Below, piece by piece: positions 1 through 15,050 of a DNA stretch of 64,000 nucleotides; position 1 is the stretch's first letter; each line of letters starts with the position of its first letter. The DNA is taken from contig NC_043021.1 of NCBI RefSeq assembly GCF_006345805.1, forward strand, positions 2,852,001 through 2,916,000, in the 5' to 3' direction. A model generated the notes under the pieces. It made no database searches. It worked only from the letters and a program-made list of their open reading frames with translations, and was not told the DNA's origin. The stretch comes from Octopus sinensis (lineage: Eukaryota). The translations under genes were made by a program, and so were the position numbers.

Positions 1-1440
1 ATATAATATATATATATATATATATATAATATATATATATATATATAATATATATTATATATATATATATATTATATTTACACACGCACACATATATATA
101 TAATGATAATTAATATATAATAATAATATAATAGTAATAATAATAATAATAATAACAATAGGGAGTATAACTCCAAACTTACAGGGAAAATTCAATTTAG
201 TATGAAATAAAATTTCACAATATAAATATATAATATATAAATTAGAGAAAATATATAAATTATTGTTTATATGTTTATTGACAGAAAAATATGGATTTTT
301 AATTACTATATTTGTTGATTATAATTCAGATATATATTTTTATATATTTATTATTTCATAATTATTATATGTGAACTAAAATCTAAAAATATTAAGAGTG
401 ATTGTTTTGTAAAATAGTTTGGTAATTCAATATTAGAGTATAATTAGGTTAAAGATATTCCATAGTTTATTAATGTTTTTTATTAAGCTAAATTATATCC
501 TCACAGATAAATACATTTTCTATCTATTTACTCTATTTTTTTTACCCTGAATATTTAACATAATAAATGTATTGTAGGCAAATGGTCCTAATATTTTAAG
601 TTTCAAATTTAGTTAATGGAGTTTCTTCTATAAGAAAAAAATCATTATTTTATTTTTTTAATAAATATTGTTTAATTCTATTTGCTTATTTATTTAACTA
701 TTATTGTTATTATTGTTAACCCGAAGAGTGACTATATTTTTTAATTGAATTGATTTTCGATTAAATTTAAATGTAATTCGAATTTAATTTTCGCCATGAA
801 ATGTACATAGTTTTTTTTACTTATTATATATTGATTATTCATTTTTGTACTTTTTGTGATCTAGTTTAAAAAAAATATATTTTATTTTTTATTTATGATT
901 AGGTTTATATCTATCATTGTTTGAATTGCATAATAGTGGTTTTTCTCTAATTTATACACACACACACAATCAATCTTACTATAATTGGCATTGTGTCCAT
1001 CTGCCTGTACGTCTGTCTGTTCCCTCTTCACGGCTGGTTGGCTTGATCAAAATGGTTATGATATTTTTCGGGATTACAAAGACGGTTGACGGGAAGGATT
1101 TTAGCTTTAAAAAATCAGAAAGTATGATTTTTCGTGGATATCGATTTTTATAAAAAATTCACCAACCACGAGTAACTCTGGATTTTCATCGTATAGCTCG
1201 TGGCCCCATCGTAGATACAAAGGGAGTCACGAGGATGGTTAGTAGCAAAAGTAAAATGGGAAAAGTGTAAGTATATAGTGTGTGTGATTATTTAGTGGTT
1301 AATGAAGTGTGTCAGTCTGGAGCAGGATTCGATGCGGCTGTTGTTTACATCTCAGTTTTGTCAATCGAAATAACCCATGGTACAGAACATCCAGACATTA
1401 TTCGCATAGAACAGGAAACCACGTGATTGAGAAGCAAATG

Positions 1441-1866
1441 GGATCTTTTCAGTTTGCCCGGCAGTTTTTAAAAATAATTTCCACTGTAGCTAAACACTTT
1501 TAAAGTTCGTATACTGGTAGAATGTGTTTATAAAACATCTTTTTCTCTTGGCTTTATTGAGAAAATTCTATAGTTTGTAAGATATTTGTTGTTTTTTTTT
1601 CTTCAATTTCTGCAATTTCAACCAATCAATGACGTCTATTGAGGTGAAGACATTCTGTGCCGTATGAATATGTCCCTCGTTTAAGAAACAGATTGGGTTT
1701 ATTTACATTTCTGAAGAAAAAAAAGATACCCTTCCCCCCACCCCAAAACCTAACCCTAACCCTAAAACAGATTGAAATGCAATAGATCGATACTAGGGTC
1801 ATAATTATGGGTGACAATTTCATATGACACCGCTAGAAAAAACTGCTGGTCAAACCGAAAAGATCC
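1441..1866. mobile_element. Non-autonomous DNA transposon (MITE), GG-terminal TIRs, 8-bp TSD (Merlin-like)
   Basis: TIR GGATCTTTTCAGTTTG.../...CAAACCGAAAAGATCC. TSD AGCAAATG at 1433-1440 and 1867-1874. Confidence 0.85.
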
Positions 1867-2122
1867 AGCAAATGTCTTAACCACACAACCATGCTCGTAC
1901 TTATTGGTGTATGTTATAGAACGAAAAAATGATAAGAGAATTGGGCAAATCAAAGACATACAGAAACTTAGCAAATAATGAACGAGACAGATTAAAAACC
2001 ATAAAAATGAAAGAAACGATTAACCAGGAATATTATAGATGCAGTAGATTAGTACTTAGAACTAAATTTGAAAAATAAGATAAGAGGCATCTGTATTCTA
2101 GACATCTTTAGTAATAAATTGT

Positions 2123-2512
2123 GGAGGCACAATGGCCCAGTGGTTAGGGAAGCGGACTCGCGGTCATAGGATCGCGGTTTCGATTCCCAGACCGGGCGTT
2201 GTGAGTGTTTATTGAGCGAAAACACCTAAAGCTCCACGAGGCTCCGGCAGGGGATGGTGGTGATCCTTGCTGTACTCTTTCACCACAACTTTCTCTCACT
2301 CTTACTTCCTGTTTCTGTTGTACCTGTATTTCAAAGGGCCGGCCTTGTCACTCTCTGTGTCACGCTGAATATCCCCGAGAACTACGTTAAGGGTACACGT
2401 GTCTGTGGAGTGCTCAGCCACTTACACGTTAATTTCACGAGCAGGCTGTTCCGTTGATTCAGATCAACCGGAACCCTCGTCGTCGTAACCGACGGAGTGC
2501 TTCCATCCATCC
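2123..2512 (+). mobile_element. tRNA-derived SINE family A
   Basis: A box (TGGCCCAGTGG) and B box (GGTTTCGATTCC), (CCAT)n tail, 13-bp TSD AGTAATAAATTGT. Confidence 0.9.
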
Positions 2513-3014
2513 AGTAATAAATTGTAACAATTCCACTGGAAGCAAAGTGAGTTAACAAGACTAGAACAGGGAGAACAAGAAAAGAATGATTCCGTTTTGA
2601 GTACATTTTAAAAAGCTAAAATCCAGAAATTATATTTAGCGTGAATACAATAAAGCGCCAAATCCAGCATTCAGTCCTCAGAAAAGAAGGGGTTGAAAAA
2701 CAAAACAAAAAACTTGCTGTCTTCAATTCGTGCCTAATGTTGGGTAATGGCCGAAAGAGTACAATCGTGAATACAAGTGACTGGAAATGGGGTTCCTCTG
2801 AAAGAACTCAAGAATAACGTTACTCGTGAAGGTGCGCAGCTCGGAGATCGGGGCACCTCTTCAGTTCGATCTATTATTTCTCTGCATTGAGGGATCATAG
2901 CTCTGGTAACAATGGACAGGTGAGGATTTTGAATGTCACAGGAAAGAATCAGAAGATGGGAGGAGGCCTAGAGGTAGACAAAGAACAATAACAGGCAACT
3001 ATTCAGCTTTTATG

Positions 3015-3600
3015 GGAAAGAAAAAGAAGAAGAGGAAGGAGAAGGACGAGGAGGAGGAGGAGGAGGAAGAAGAAGAAGAAGAAGAAGAAGAAGGGAGGAG
3101 AAGAAGGAGGAGGAGGAGGAGGAGGAGAAGGAGGAGAAGAAGAAGGAGGAGAAGAAGAAGGAAGAGGAGGAGGAGGAGAAGGAGGAACAGAAGAAGAAGG
3201 AAGAAGAAAAAGAAGGAAGAAGAAGAAGATGAAGAAGGAGGAGGAGGAGAAGGAAGAGGAGGAGAAGGAAGGGGAGGAGAAGGAAGAGGAGGAAAAGGAA
3301 GAGGAGGAAAAGGAAGAGGAGGAGAAGGAAGTGGAGGAGGAGAAGATGAAGGAGAAGAAGGAAAAGAAGAAGATGAAGAAGGAGGAGGAGGAGAAGGAGG
3401 AGGAGGAGAAGGAAGAGGAGGAGGAGAAGATGAAGGAGAAGAAGGAAAAGAAGAAGATGAAGAAGGAGGAGGAGGAGAAGGAAGAGGAGGAGGAGAAGAT
3501 GAAGGAGAAGAAGGAAAAGAAGAAGATGAAGAAGAAGAACAAGAAGAACAAGAACAAGAAGAAGAAGAAGAAGAAGGAGGAGAAGGACGAGGATAAGGAT
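3015..3600. repeat. (GAA/GGA)n polypurine tract with higher-order repeats
   Basis: Almost pure A/G on the + strand. Confidence 0.95.
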
Positions 3601-3889
3601 TGGAAGTGGTCTAACTGAATGGTCTGCTAATAGTCTGAGCGAGACTGGAATCAAAACTGAAACCGAAGCATTTAATCTTTGGGGTGGAGGATCAAAGGTT
3701 TCTTGCTAGAAAGTACCAAATCCAGAATACACGCACACACTCACGCTCGCACACACACGCGCACACTCGCATGCAAAAACAATGGATATTGTCGTAATTA
3801 GTGGGTTAGATGATATTCAGCTCATGATCACAAAGTTGTGGATTCAATTCCTGGATCGGAACTCACGTTGTGTCCCTGAACAAAGCACT

Positions 3890-5270
<1,381 letters not shown>

Positions 5271-5303
5271 AAACCAAAATGCTCTGGTAACAAAAAATTT
5301 CAC

Positions 5304-5463
5304 AGCAGGAATGGTTGTGTGGTAAGTAGCTTGTTTACCAACCACATGGTTCCAAGTTCAGTCCCACTGCGTGGCACCTTGGGCAAGTGTCTTCTACTGT
5401 AGCCTCGGGCCGACCAAAGCCTTGTAAGTGGATTTAGTAGATGGAAACTGAAAGAAGCCCGTC

Positions 5464-5519
<56 letters not shown>

Positions 5520-5738
5520 TTGTGTGTGTGTGTTTGTCCCCTAGCATAGCTTGCCAACCGATGCTGGTGTCTTTATGTCCCCGTTACTTAGCGGTTCGGC
5601 AAAAGAGACCGATAGAATAAGTACTGGGCTTACAAAAGAATAAGTCCCGGGGTCGATTTGCTCGACTAAAAGGCTGTGCTCCAGCATGGCCGCAGCCAAA
5701 TGACTGAAACAAGTAAAAGAGTAAAAGAGTAAAGAGTA
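5304..5738 (+). mobile_element. SINE family B (GGCGCAGGAGTGGCTGTGTGG head, internal TA/TG microsatellite, GTAAAAGA tail)
   Basis: Multi-copy in window. Partial or diverged copies near 15180, 19311, 54880, 57440(-), 59060(-), 61007 and 62387(-). Confidence 0.85.
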
Positions 5739-6389
5739 ACAGACAAATCAAGTAAAGAACTGATTTAAGGAAACAAATTATTTTGCGACATTTTCCTTTA
5801 CAGTTTTGTTTCCTTGTTAATGCTATTAAATGACTGCCAAGGTCAACTTCGCTTTCATCCTTTCGGGGGTCGATAAAATAAGAACCAGTTGAACTCTGGT
5901 GTCGATGTAATCAACTTCTCCCCTCTCCTGAAATTCCTGAAAATTGGGGAGGGAGCATTCATTTGCATTCAATTCACATATCCCATTTCTAATGATAATG
6001 ATTCATCCATGATTTTTTTAATTGCAGAACAAAGTACTTCTGATAATCTGGTGGAGAAAGAACGACGAAGAAATCACTAGTAAAAGACTACAAACTATGA
6101 ACTAATTTGGAACATTCTCAAAGAAATTTACCATTTTAACTAACTATACTTTGCAAGGGAAAAAACAAAGGAAAAAAACGTTAGAGTTCTCTCCCTTGTC
6201 ATGTTTTACTTTCTTTTAACCCGCCTTGTAGCAATGGTTTTCGGTTATGCTGGGGAAATAGTTTAGTTGCGAGTTTAATCAACCAGCTCGACTTTGGTTG
6301 CTTTTGTTGTAAAGTTTGCTATTATTTTAGTGAACTCAATCTATAATATTGTAATGCTACGTAAATACAGATATGAACACAGACACATA

Positions 6390-7189
6390 GGATCTTTTCG
6401 GTTTGAACGGCAGTTTTTTTTAAAAAACTAAACACTTTTAAACTTCGTATACTGGTAGAATGTGTTTATAAAACATTTGGCGATCTTTCGTCTCTAGTAG
6501 ACCTTTCCGTCGATTTCCGTAAAATTTTTTTTTATTTTACATGTGGGCTTGCGGGAACTTTTGAAGTAATATACATACATATACACATTACACCGAGTAA
6601 AAAATTTCAGTTATCTCTTTCTTTCACACACACTAACAGAAGCACTTCACTTACACAACATACTGTCTGTCTCCTACACCCCATCAAACACACACACACA
6701 CACACATGTACATCAATGCTTTACATGCACGGTAACTTCAAAAGAACTTCCCTCGTCATACAATCGCTTTCTCTTAGTCTCTTTCGCTCTCATTACTTCA
6801 AAAGTTCCCGCAAGCCCATATGTAAAAAAAAAAAATTTTTTTTACGGAAATCGACGAAAGATTGCCAAACATTTTTTCTCTTAGCTTTATTGAGAAAATT
6901 CTATAGTTTGTAAGATATTTGTTGTTGTTTTTCTTCAATTTCTGCAATTTCAACCAATCAATGACGTTTATTGAGGTGAAAACATTCTGTGCCGTATGAA
7001 AATGTCCCTCGTTTAAGAAACAGATTGGGTTTATTTACATTTGTGAGGAAAAAAAGATACCCTTCCCCCAACCCACCCCTAACCCTAAAATAGATTGAAA
7101 TGCAATAGATCGATACTAGGGTCATAATTATGGGTGACAATTTCATATGACACCGCTAGAAAAAACTGCCGTTCAAACCGAAAAGATCC
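6390..7189. mobile_element. Second copy of the GGATCTTTTC MITE, carrying a nested MITE
   Basis: Near-identical to 1441-1866. TSD GACACATA/GACGCATA (1 mismatch). Confidence 0.85.
6479..6866. mobile_element. Nested MITE with long TIRs and 8-bp TSD
   Basis: GGCGATCTTTCGTC...GACGAAAGATTGCC with ~80-bp inverted arms. TSD AAACATTT on both sides. The empty site is visible in the 1441 copy. Confidence 0.85.
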
Positions 7190-7943
7190 GACGCATAAAT
7201 ACATTAGCAATCAAATCGACTATATTATGTTAAATTTGAATCCTGGTGATAAGGTAAAAAATATCAACATGTATTGTGGTATGTAGTTCTGGCAATTTTT
7301 TTTTAACGTTCTGAGTTCGAATCCTGGTGAGAGTAACAACGCTTTAAACCCTTACTGAGATACCGATAAACTAAAGTAGCAGTCAAGTGCCGGGTTTTAA
7401 ACTGTTCCTTCCTCACGTCTGAAAACATGTAGCCTTGTATTCACGTTAGAAATCAATAGTTCGGCAGTAATCGATACCCAGATGCAGATTAAACATTGTA
7501 AACGGAGGAGGGGAAAAAAATCAATGTCTGTAAAAGGTAAATTTTAACTGAAGTTTATGAGTAGGAAGTTGTGGCTGTTGTTTAGCTTTTGGTCAGTCTT
7601 TGCCAAGCAGAACTCTAGCTAAAGCCGCAGTTCCAGCCGTGACAAACACGCCTGTTTCGTGTGTTGGCTTTAGTCCTTTGACATTGCCTCCAAATCTGGG
7701 GCCTTTGTGGCCAATAAAAAGAAATCGTCGTCGTCACCACTACCACCACCACCATCATCATCATCATTGTCATCATCACTGAGTGAGAGAGCAATACATG
7801 CCATCAGAGTAACACTGGAGTACAGAAATACGAAGCCCAGTACATCTATTATAACTACCCGCCTGATAAGGGTACACCAGGCACATGCATCATAGCCATA
7901 TGTGTGCGACATGGTGACCTTATATCAAGATAAACAGAACTAC

Positions 7944-7982
<39 letters not shown>

Positions 7983-8344
7983 TACTATTACTATTATTAT
8001 TATTATTATTATTATTATTAAGTGAGAGAGCAGTGCATGCCATCAAACATTTTAAAGGATTTAGGTGGAATGTCTCACGCAGAACATGGTTTACTTTGAA
8101 CATTTTTGACAAAATTTCGTATTTTAGAAGTTATTTCAGTAGATATATAAAATCGGTTTTGTTCTGTTGAATATGTACATAGGGACCGAAACCGGACCTG
8201 CTTCCTCCTGATGATGTCTTTAGCTACTGAATCCGAAAAAGGAGCTGTAGAAGGTAGCGAACCACGAAACGTGGTTGGAATTCCTCTATGTACATATCTC
8301 TAGCTCTCCCTCTTCCTTTCTAAAAACGTGTGTTTACGCTCACG

Positions 8345-8382
<38 letters not shown>

Positions 8383-8483
8383 TACACACGAACCCATACG
8401 CACGCACACACACACATACACACCCACAAAAGTGTGCGAGGAAGTGTCTGTATAGTGAGCACTTAAGATAACGTCGAGTCAGG

Positions 8484-8908
8484 GACAGAGCCTCTGCTCG
8501 GTCGCACGGTCTGCTAGAAATAGCAGCTACGTCGCCCTAAGATTCCCCCTTTACCTTTGTACTGAACACTTTGCATGATCTGGTCCTCGGCTCCGTGTAC
8601 ATAGAAAAGAAAGTGATAATAAAGACGAGATAGTCACGGATGGAATGCCATAAAAAAAAAAAACTACTGTTTTGTATGATGACAGCAAAACATCAACAGC
8701 GACTGAGCCTCTGCTCGGTCGCACGGTCTGCTAGAAATAGCAGCTACATCGTCCTAAGATTCCCCCTTTACCTTTGTACTGAACACTTTGCATGATGTGG
8801 TCCTCGGTTCCGTGTACATAGAAAAGAAAGTGATAATAATAAAGACGAGATAGTCACGGATGGAATGCCATTAAAAAAACAAAAACTACTGTTTTGTATG
8901 ATGACAGC
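8484..8908. repeat. Tandem duplication of ~217 bp upstream of MSL3
   Basis: GAGCCTCTGCTCGGTCGCACGG at 8488 and 8705. Confidence 0.9.
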
Positions 8909-9814
8909 TAACTTGGAGCTAAACAATATCAACATCACTTGTTAAAAACCGATTCCGAGAGAATGGAAATAGTGGGTGATTTGTTGTTTCGATAAAATCG
9001 ATATTTAGGCTAATATTAATATTTATAAAAAACGTGCGCTGGTTTAGTATCAGGAAAAAGAACCAACTTTTTCTATGCTTAAGTGTATTTTTCATTTTAA
9101 TTTTAAAAAAATAATTTTTAATAATATTACTACTTTAAAAAAATAACGTTTGCTCTTTCTCTCTTATTACAAAAAAAATTATTTTAAATAATTTTAAAGT
9201 ATTCCGATTAAGAATAAATCTTTTAATCGGTTGCTTTATATTTCTGACAATCCCCAGTAATAAAGCAATTAATACTACAAGGAAGGGCTGAAGGTTGTTG
9301 AATCAAACAGGCTTATAAAGCAATTAAGGAAGGGAGGAGGGGGGAGATGGAAATCGATCCTATGTACGACAGCTGTAATTTAACTAACATTAACTAACCC
9401 AGAACAATACGCCCGTAATTCAGCTAAAAATAAAGTCCAGACTCAGTATTTTACAATGTTTACTACCGTAATTGTCACCTTTAGTTTAAATATCAGGCGT
9501 TTGTATACATTCGTGAGTTGTCTGTATAAAATATAAAATACAAAATGCATTAAATAAAATGGTGGGTGTTGGTACTTTAAGTATATAATATATATATATA
9601 ATGCGATGTAGTGCAAGTATATATATGTGAATGTATAGGTATGTTTATCTGTGTGTGTAGTTTTATTTGTGTGAATTGAAAGATACGTGCACACACTGAC
9701 AGGGGTCACAGTAAGCGTTCAAAAATAGTGTGCACATCACGACAGTCATAAACGCGAATGCTGCAAGGGGACATCCCATTTATACATGGCGGAGAACAAC
9801 ACGATATTAGTCCG

Positions 9815-9931
9815 ATGGCCTCTGGGAGATCTCGAGAACCAAGAACGTTGAAGTACAACTTCCATCTGGGGGAGCTGGTCCTGTGTTTCGAGCCGGATCC
9901 GACCAAAGCTAGGGTGCTCTACGATGCAAAG
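9815..9931 (+). CDS. MSL3: MSL3-like, coding exon 1 ([39 protein letters not shown]), start of chromo barrel domain
   Basis: [21 protein letters not shown] is the characteristic MSL3 N-terminal motif. ATG at 9815, donor AAG|GTTCGT at 9931/9932, phase 0. In-frame upstream ATG at 9758 is an alternative start. Confidence 0.93.
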
Positions 9932-10021
9932 GTTCGTGTTATGTAAGCATTTTTGGCCAACCCAAAATCAATGCATTGTTTGTGAGGAGACAGAAATATA
10001 CATACATGTATATACACACAC

Positions 10022-10078
<57 letters not shown>

Positions 10079-10145
10079 TTTTGTAGAGTAAGCTTTACAC
10101 ACAGAGCAGATATATACATACATGTATACACACACACACACACAC

Positions 10146-10204
<59 letters not shown>

Positions 10205-10338
10205 ATATATCTATACAATAATATGTTACATTACTCGATAGTCAAGATAAAACTCTGAGTTTCAGATGCCGAAGTGGGAATCCACGACATCTCTTCGGTT
10301 ATCTGGCTATTTGAAAAAAATATATATATATACACACA

Positions 10339-10387
<49 letters not shown>

Positions 10388-11294
10388 CTGCTGTGTGTGT
10401 AAAGCTTACTCTACAAAAATAATAATATAAACCTCATTTAAGAAAACACTTTGTTGTGTTTACGGTTTGTCATTTACCCTACGCCACAAAATTTAGTAAA
10501 TATAAATTTATATATATATATAAATATATATATAAATGTGTGTGTGTGTGTGCGTTTGTTTATATGTAACATCTAATGGTTAATATTCCTTAGAGGTTTT
10601 AAATTACGTATAGTTACGGTAAGCACATTATGAGAATTGTATTAATAGTTATTCGCTTGCAGGTAACGTATATATATATATATAGTATATATCATTATAC
10701 TCGCACACATATACTACACATATACAAATACAAAAGTAAATTTGTATTATATTAAATATATATATGCATACACAGTTCCAAAGTAAATATGTATATATAG
10801 TACATACACGCACATATACTAATATATCAATCTGTCTATCGATCGATCGACAGACTTATATATGCCTATGTAAAATGTAAAGTATACAATAAATATTATA
10901 TATATAAAATTATACATGTATCTAATACTGTATATATATTTTTATATATTTGTATATATTGTATAGACGTGTGCCTATATATATATATGTATGTATATAT
11001 AGCGAAACTTTCTTAAACTAGCAACACATAAACAAATATTACCCTTACGAGAATTTGAACCCCAAAGAAGGACCATATATGATGCGGTGTATAAAGCAAA
11101 ACTACCTGAAATCAAGAACGCCTAGACTAGTTCAATCCCACAAAAATTAAAATTTCAATGAAGGACAATTTATAACCACGAGAACACGAGATGCAAACTG
11201 TACTCACGTATAATTATTTATATATGCATGTATATATACATGTAGATGTAGGTACGTACATATATGTTTGTATGTATGCATATATTTTTATTTA

Positions 11295-11343
<49 letters not shown>

Positions 11344-11534
11344 ATATATATATATTATATATATAATATATATATATAATATATATATATATATGTATAT
11401 ATATCTATACAATAATATGTTACATTACTCGATAGTCAAGATAAAACTCTGAGTTTCAGATGCCGAAGTGGGAATCCACGACATCTCTTCGGTTATCTGG
11501 CTATTTGAAAAAAAAATATATATATACACACACC

Positions 11535-11569
<35 letters not shown>

Positions 11570-12481
11570 CTGCTGTGTGTGTAAAGCTTACTCTACAAAA
11601 ATAATATAAACCTCATTTAAGAAAACACTTTGTTGTGTTTACGGTTTGTCATTTACCCTACGCCACAAAATTTAGTAAATATAAATTTATATATATATAT
11701 AAATATATATATAAATGTGTGTGTGTGTGTGTGTGTGCGTTTGTTTATATGTAACATCTAATGGTTAATATTCCTTAGAGGTTTTAAATTACGTATAGTT
11801 ACGGTAAGCACATTATGAGAATTGTATTAATAGTTATTCGCTTGCAGGTAACGTATATATATATATATATAGTATATATCATTATACTCGCACACATATA
11901 CTACACATATACAAATACAAAAGTAAATTTGTATTATATTAAATATATATATGCATACACAGTTCCAAAGTAAATATGTATATATAGTACATACACGCAC
12001 ATATACTAATATATCAATCTGTCTATCGATCGATCGACAGACTTATATATGCCTATGTAAAATGTAAAGTATACAATAAATATTATATATATAAAATTAT
12101 ACATGTATCTAATACTGTATATATATTTTTATATATTTGTATATATTGTATAGACGTGTGCCTATATATATATATGTATGTATATATAGCGAAACTTTCT
12201 TAAACTAGCAACACATAAACAAATATTACCCTTACGAGAATTTGAACCCCAAAGAAGGACCATATATGATGCGGTGTATAAAGCAAAACTACCTGAAATC
12301 AAGAACGCCTAGACTAGTTCAATCCCACAAAAATTAAAATTTCAATGAAGGACAATTTATAACCACGAGAACACGAGATGCAAACTGTACTCACGTATAA
12401 TTATTTATATATGCATGTATATATACATGTAGATGTAGGTACGTACATATATGTTTGTATGTATGCATATATTTTTATTTA

Positions 12482-12521
<40 letters not shown>
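10205..12521. repeat. Tandem duplication of a ~1.19-kb unit in MSL3 intron 1
   Basis: CTATACAATAATATGTTACATTAC at 10211 and 11405. Copies differ essentially only in microsatellite lengths. Confidence 0.9.
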
Positions 12522-12537
<16 letters not shown>

Positions 12538-12787
12538 GTCTATATATTTGTGTTTTTACATATTTGTGTGTGTGTATATAATGTATATAAATATATGTAT
12601 ATATTTATGTATATATATGTATATATATATGTATGTATATATGTATGTATGTATATATGTTTGTTTATATATGTATGTATGTATATGTATGTATGTATAT
12701 GTATGTATATGTATATGTATGTATATATGCATATGTATGTATATATATATATGTATGTATATATATGTGTATATGTATATATATGTA

Positions 12788-14012
12788 CAGGGACTGGACA
12801 AAATGATGGAAACACCTAGCATCATAATTTTGAAATATCTATAAAACCATCAAAAGCTTATTTATTTTTATGTTTTTTGATTTATTATTATTAGTATTGC
12901 TTAATGCTTTGCTAAAATTGCTGTTTCTTTTCAGATATCATCCGAAAAAGGTAATTAAAATTCATTAAAATGACTGATCTATTGGACCTTGAAAGAGGTC
13001 AAATTGTTGGTGATCATATGGCAGGCGCTAGCGTAACGAAAACAGCCAAAATGTTTGGTGTATCAAGAAGTACCATCACGAAAGTAATGACAGGCTTTGA
13101 GAAAGATGGAAAAACTGCCTCTTGGAAACAAAACTCCAGAAGAAAACCAAAAGTTTCAGATAAGGACCGTTGAACTCGTATGCGAATTGTCAGAAAAGAT
13201 CACAAAAGTACAGGTCTCAGAATTACTGCAGAGCTTAATGGCCTTGAGAACCCCTTTTCCACAAAAACTTTTCGCCTGGAGCTGCACAAAGCCAGATTTT
13301 ACAGGAGGGCTGCAATCAGAAATCCACTGCTTTCAAAAACAAACATTGCAAAAACCTACAGAATTGGTCCCTAGAGCAGTGGAAGAATGTTATTTTCTTG
13401 GATGAGTCATCCGTTACCTTATTTCCAACCACTGGCCAAGTATACGTGTGGAGACAGCCAAAAGAAGCATTTGACCCAGACTGCCTTCTTCCAACTATTA
13501 AACATGGAGGAGGATCTGTGATGATCTGTGGGGGCCTATATCTTGGAAATCCACTGGCTGAATGGTTTCCCTTCATGGCAGAATTAATAGTCAAGACTAT
13601 TTAAGCATTTTATCTCATCAAATTCATCCTATGGTTGCGGAACTGTTTTCAGAGGGAAACACAATCTTCCAGGATGATAATGCACCAATTTACACAGCTA
13701 AAGTTGTTAATGAATGACACGAGGAACATTCTAGTGAAGTTGAACATCTTATCTGGCCACCACAGTCCCCCAAATTTATGGGACATTTTAGAAAAACAAG
13801 TAAGGAGTCAATATCTTCCACCATCATCACTACAAGAACTGGAAACTGTTTTAGCTGAAGAATGGACAAAAATTCCTTTGGAAATAATTCAAACATTGTA
13901 TGAGTCCATACCGCATAGAATTCAAGCTGTAATTATTGCCAAAGGCGGTCCTACCGTATATTAAAATAAATTTGTTTGAAATCTTAAGGTGTTTCTATTA
14001 ATTTGTCCAATC
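12788..14012 (+). mobile_element. Tc1-family DNA transposon fossil in MSL3 intron 1 (frameshifted transposase)
   Basis: TA plus TIR CAGGGACTGGACAAAATGATGGAAACACCT, right TIR AGGTGTTTCTATTAATTTGTCCAATC. ORF pieces with HTH (ERGQIVG...AKMFGVSRSTI), DES, KHGGGSVM, QDDNAP, NLWDILE, AVIIAKGGPTVY. Confidence 0.92.
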
Positions 14013-14849
14013 TGATCTAGCAGTGTTTCTACAGCTGGATGCCCTTCCTAATGCCAACCACTCTGAAAGTGACATAGGCGCTTTTTATGTGCCACCAGCA
14101 CAGGGGCCAGACAGGGCTGGCATTGACCACTTTTGGACAGTATTTTTTACATGCCACCAGCATCGACCACGTTTGGATGGTGCTTTCACTGGCATGGGAG
14201 CCAGTCAAGGCGGTGCTGGCATCAGCCACATTCGGATGGTGCTTTTTATGTGCCACTGGCATAGGAGCCAGTCAAAGCGAGGGGACTGGCATCAACCTTG
14301 TTTGGATGGTGCTTTTATGTGCCACCGGCATGGGGAGCCAGATAGGCTGTGCTGGCATCAGCCACAACTACATTTCCGTTTGATTGTGGAATGATTTGAT
14401 TTTGGTGTTGATATATTTGACTCAACAGGTCTCCCCAAGCATGGCATGCTGCCCTATGATCCAAGGCGCTTTTGAGTGGGCTTGTTATGCAACACTGGCA
14501 TAGGCTGCTACTGTGATCTCACTTTATTTGCTGGGTCTTCTCAGTCACAGTATACCTCTCTGAGGCCCAGTGTTTGAGGGTCATGCTTCACCACCTCATC
14601 CCATATCTTCCTGGGTCTCCCCTACCATGAGTTCATTCCAAATGTATATATATATATGTATATATTTATGTGTATATATATATGTGTGTGTGTGTCTGTA
14701 TATGTATATATATATATATATATGTATCTATCAAAAAGAATGTATAAATCACAAGATGAGTGTATCAATTAAAATATCATCATTGTTTAAATGTTCATTT
14801 TTTTCCCATGCTGGCTTTGGCTGGATGGTTCCACAGAATACAACAAACC

Positions 14850-15050
14850 AGTCTTGGCTGGGTGAAGTTCAGGGAATGTGGAGCATTGTTATATGGGAAA
14901 AGGTTCTCCTTGAACATGAAAGGAAGGGCTTATAGGAGTTGCGGGAAATCTGCAATGCTGTATGGGAATGAGACATGGTGTCTGAGGGAAAGTGAAATGG
15001 CAATTTTACGAAGGACCGAGGAGAGCAATGGTGAGAGGAATGTGTGGTGT
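14850..15050 (+). mobile_element. RTE-clade LINE fragment
   Basis: WVKFRE...LYGKRFSL..KGRAY.SC..SAMLYG.ETW, typical of the region after the RTE RT domain. Confidence 0.75.

Noticed and set aside
2123-2200. tRNA gene
   Set aside because: It is the tRNA-like head of a TSD-flanked SINE present three times in the window.
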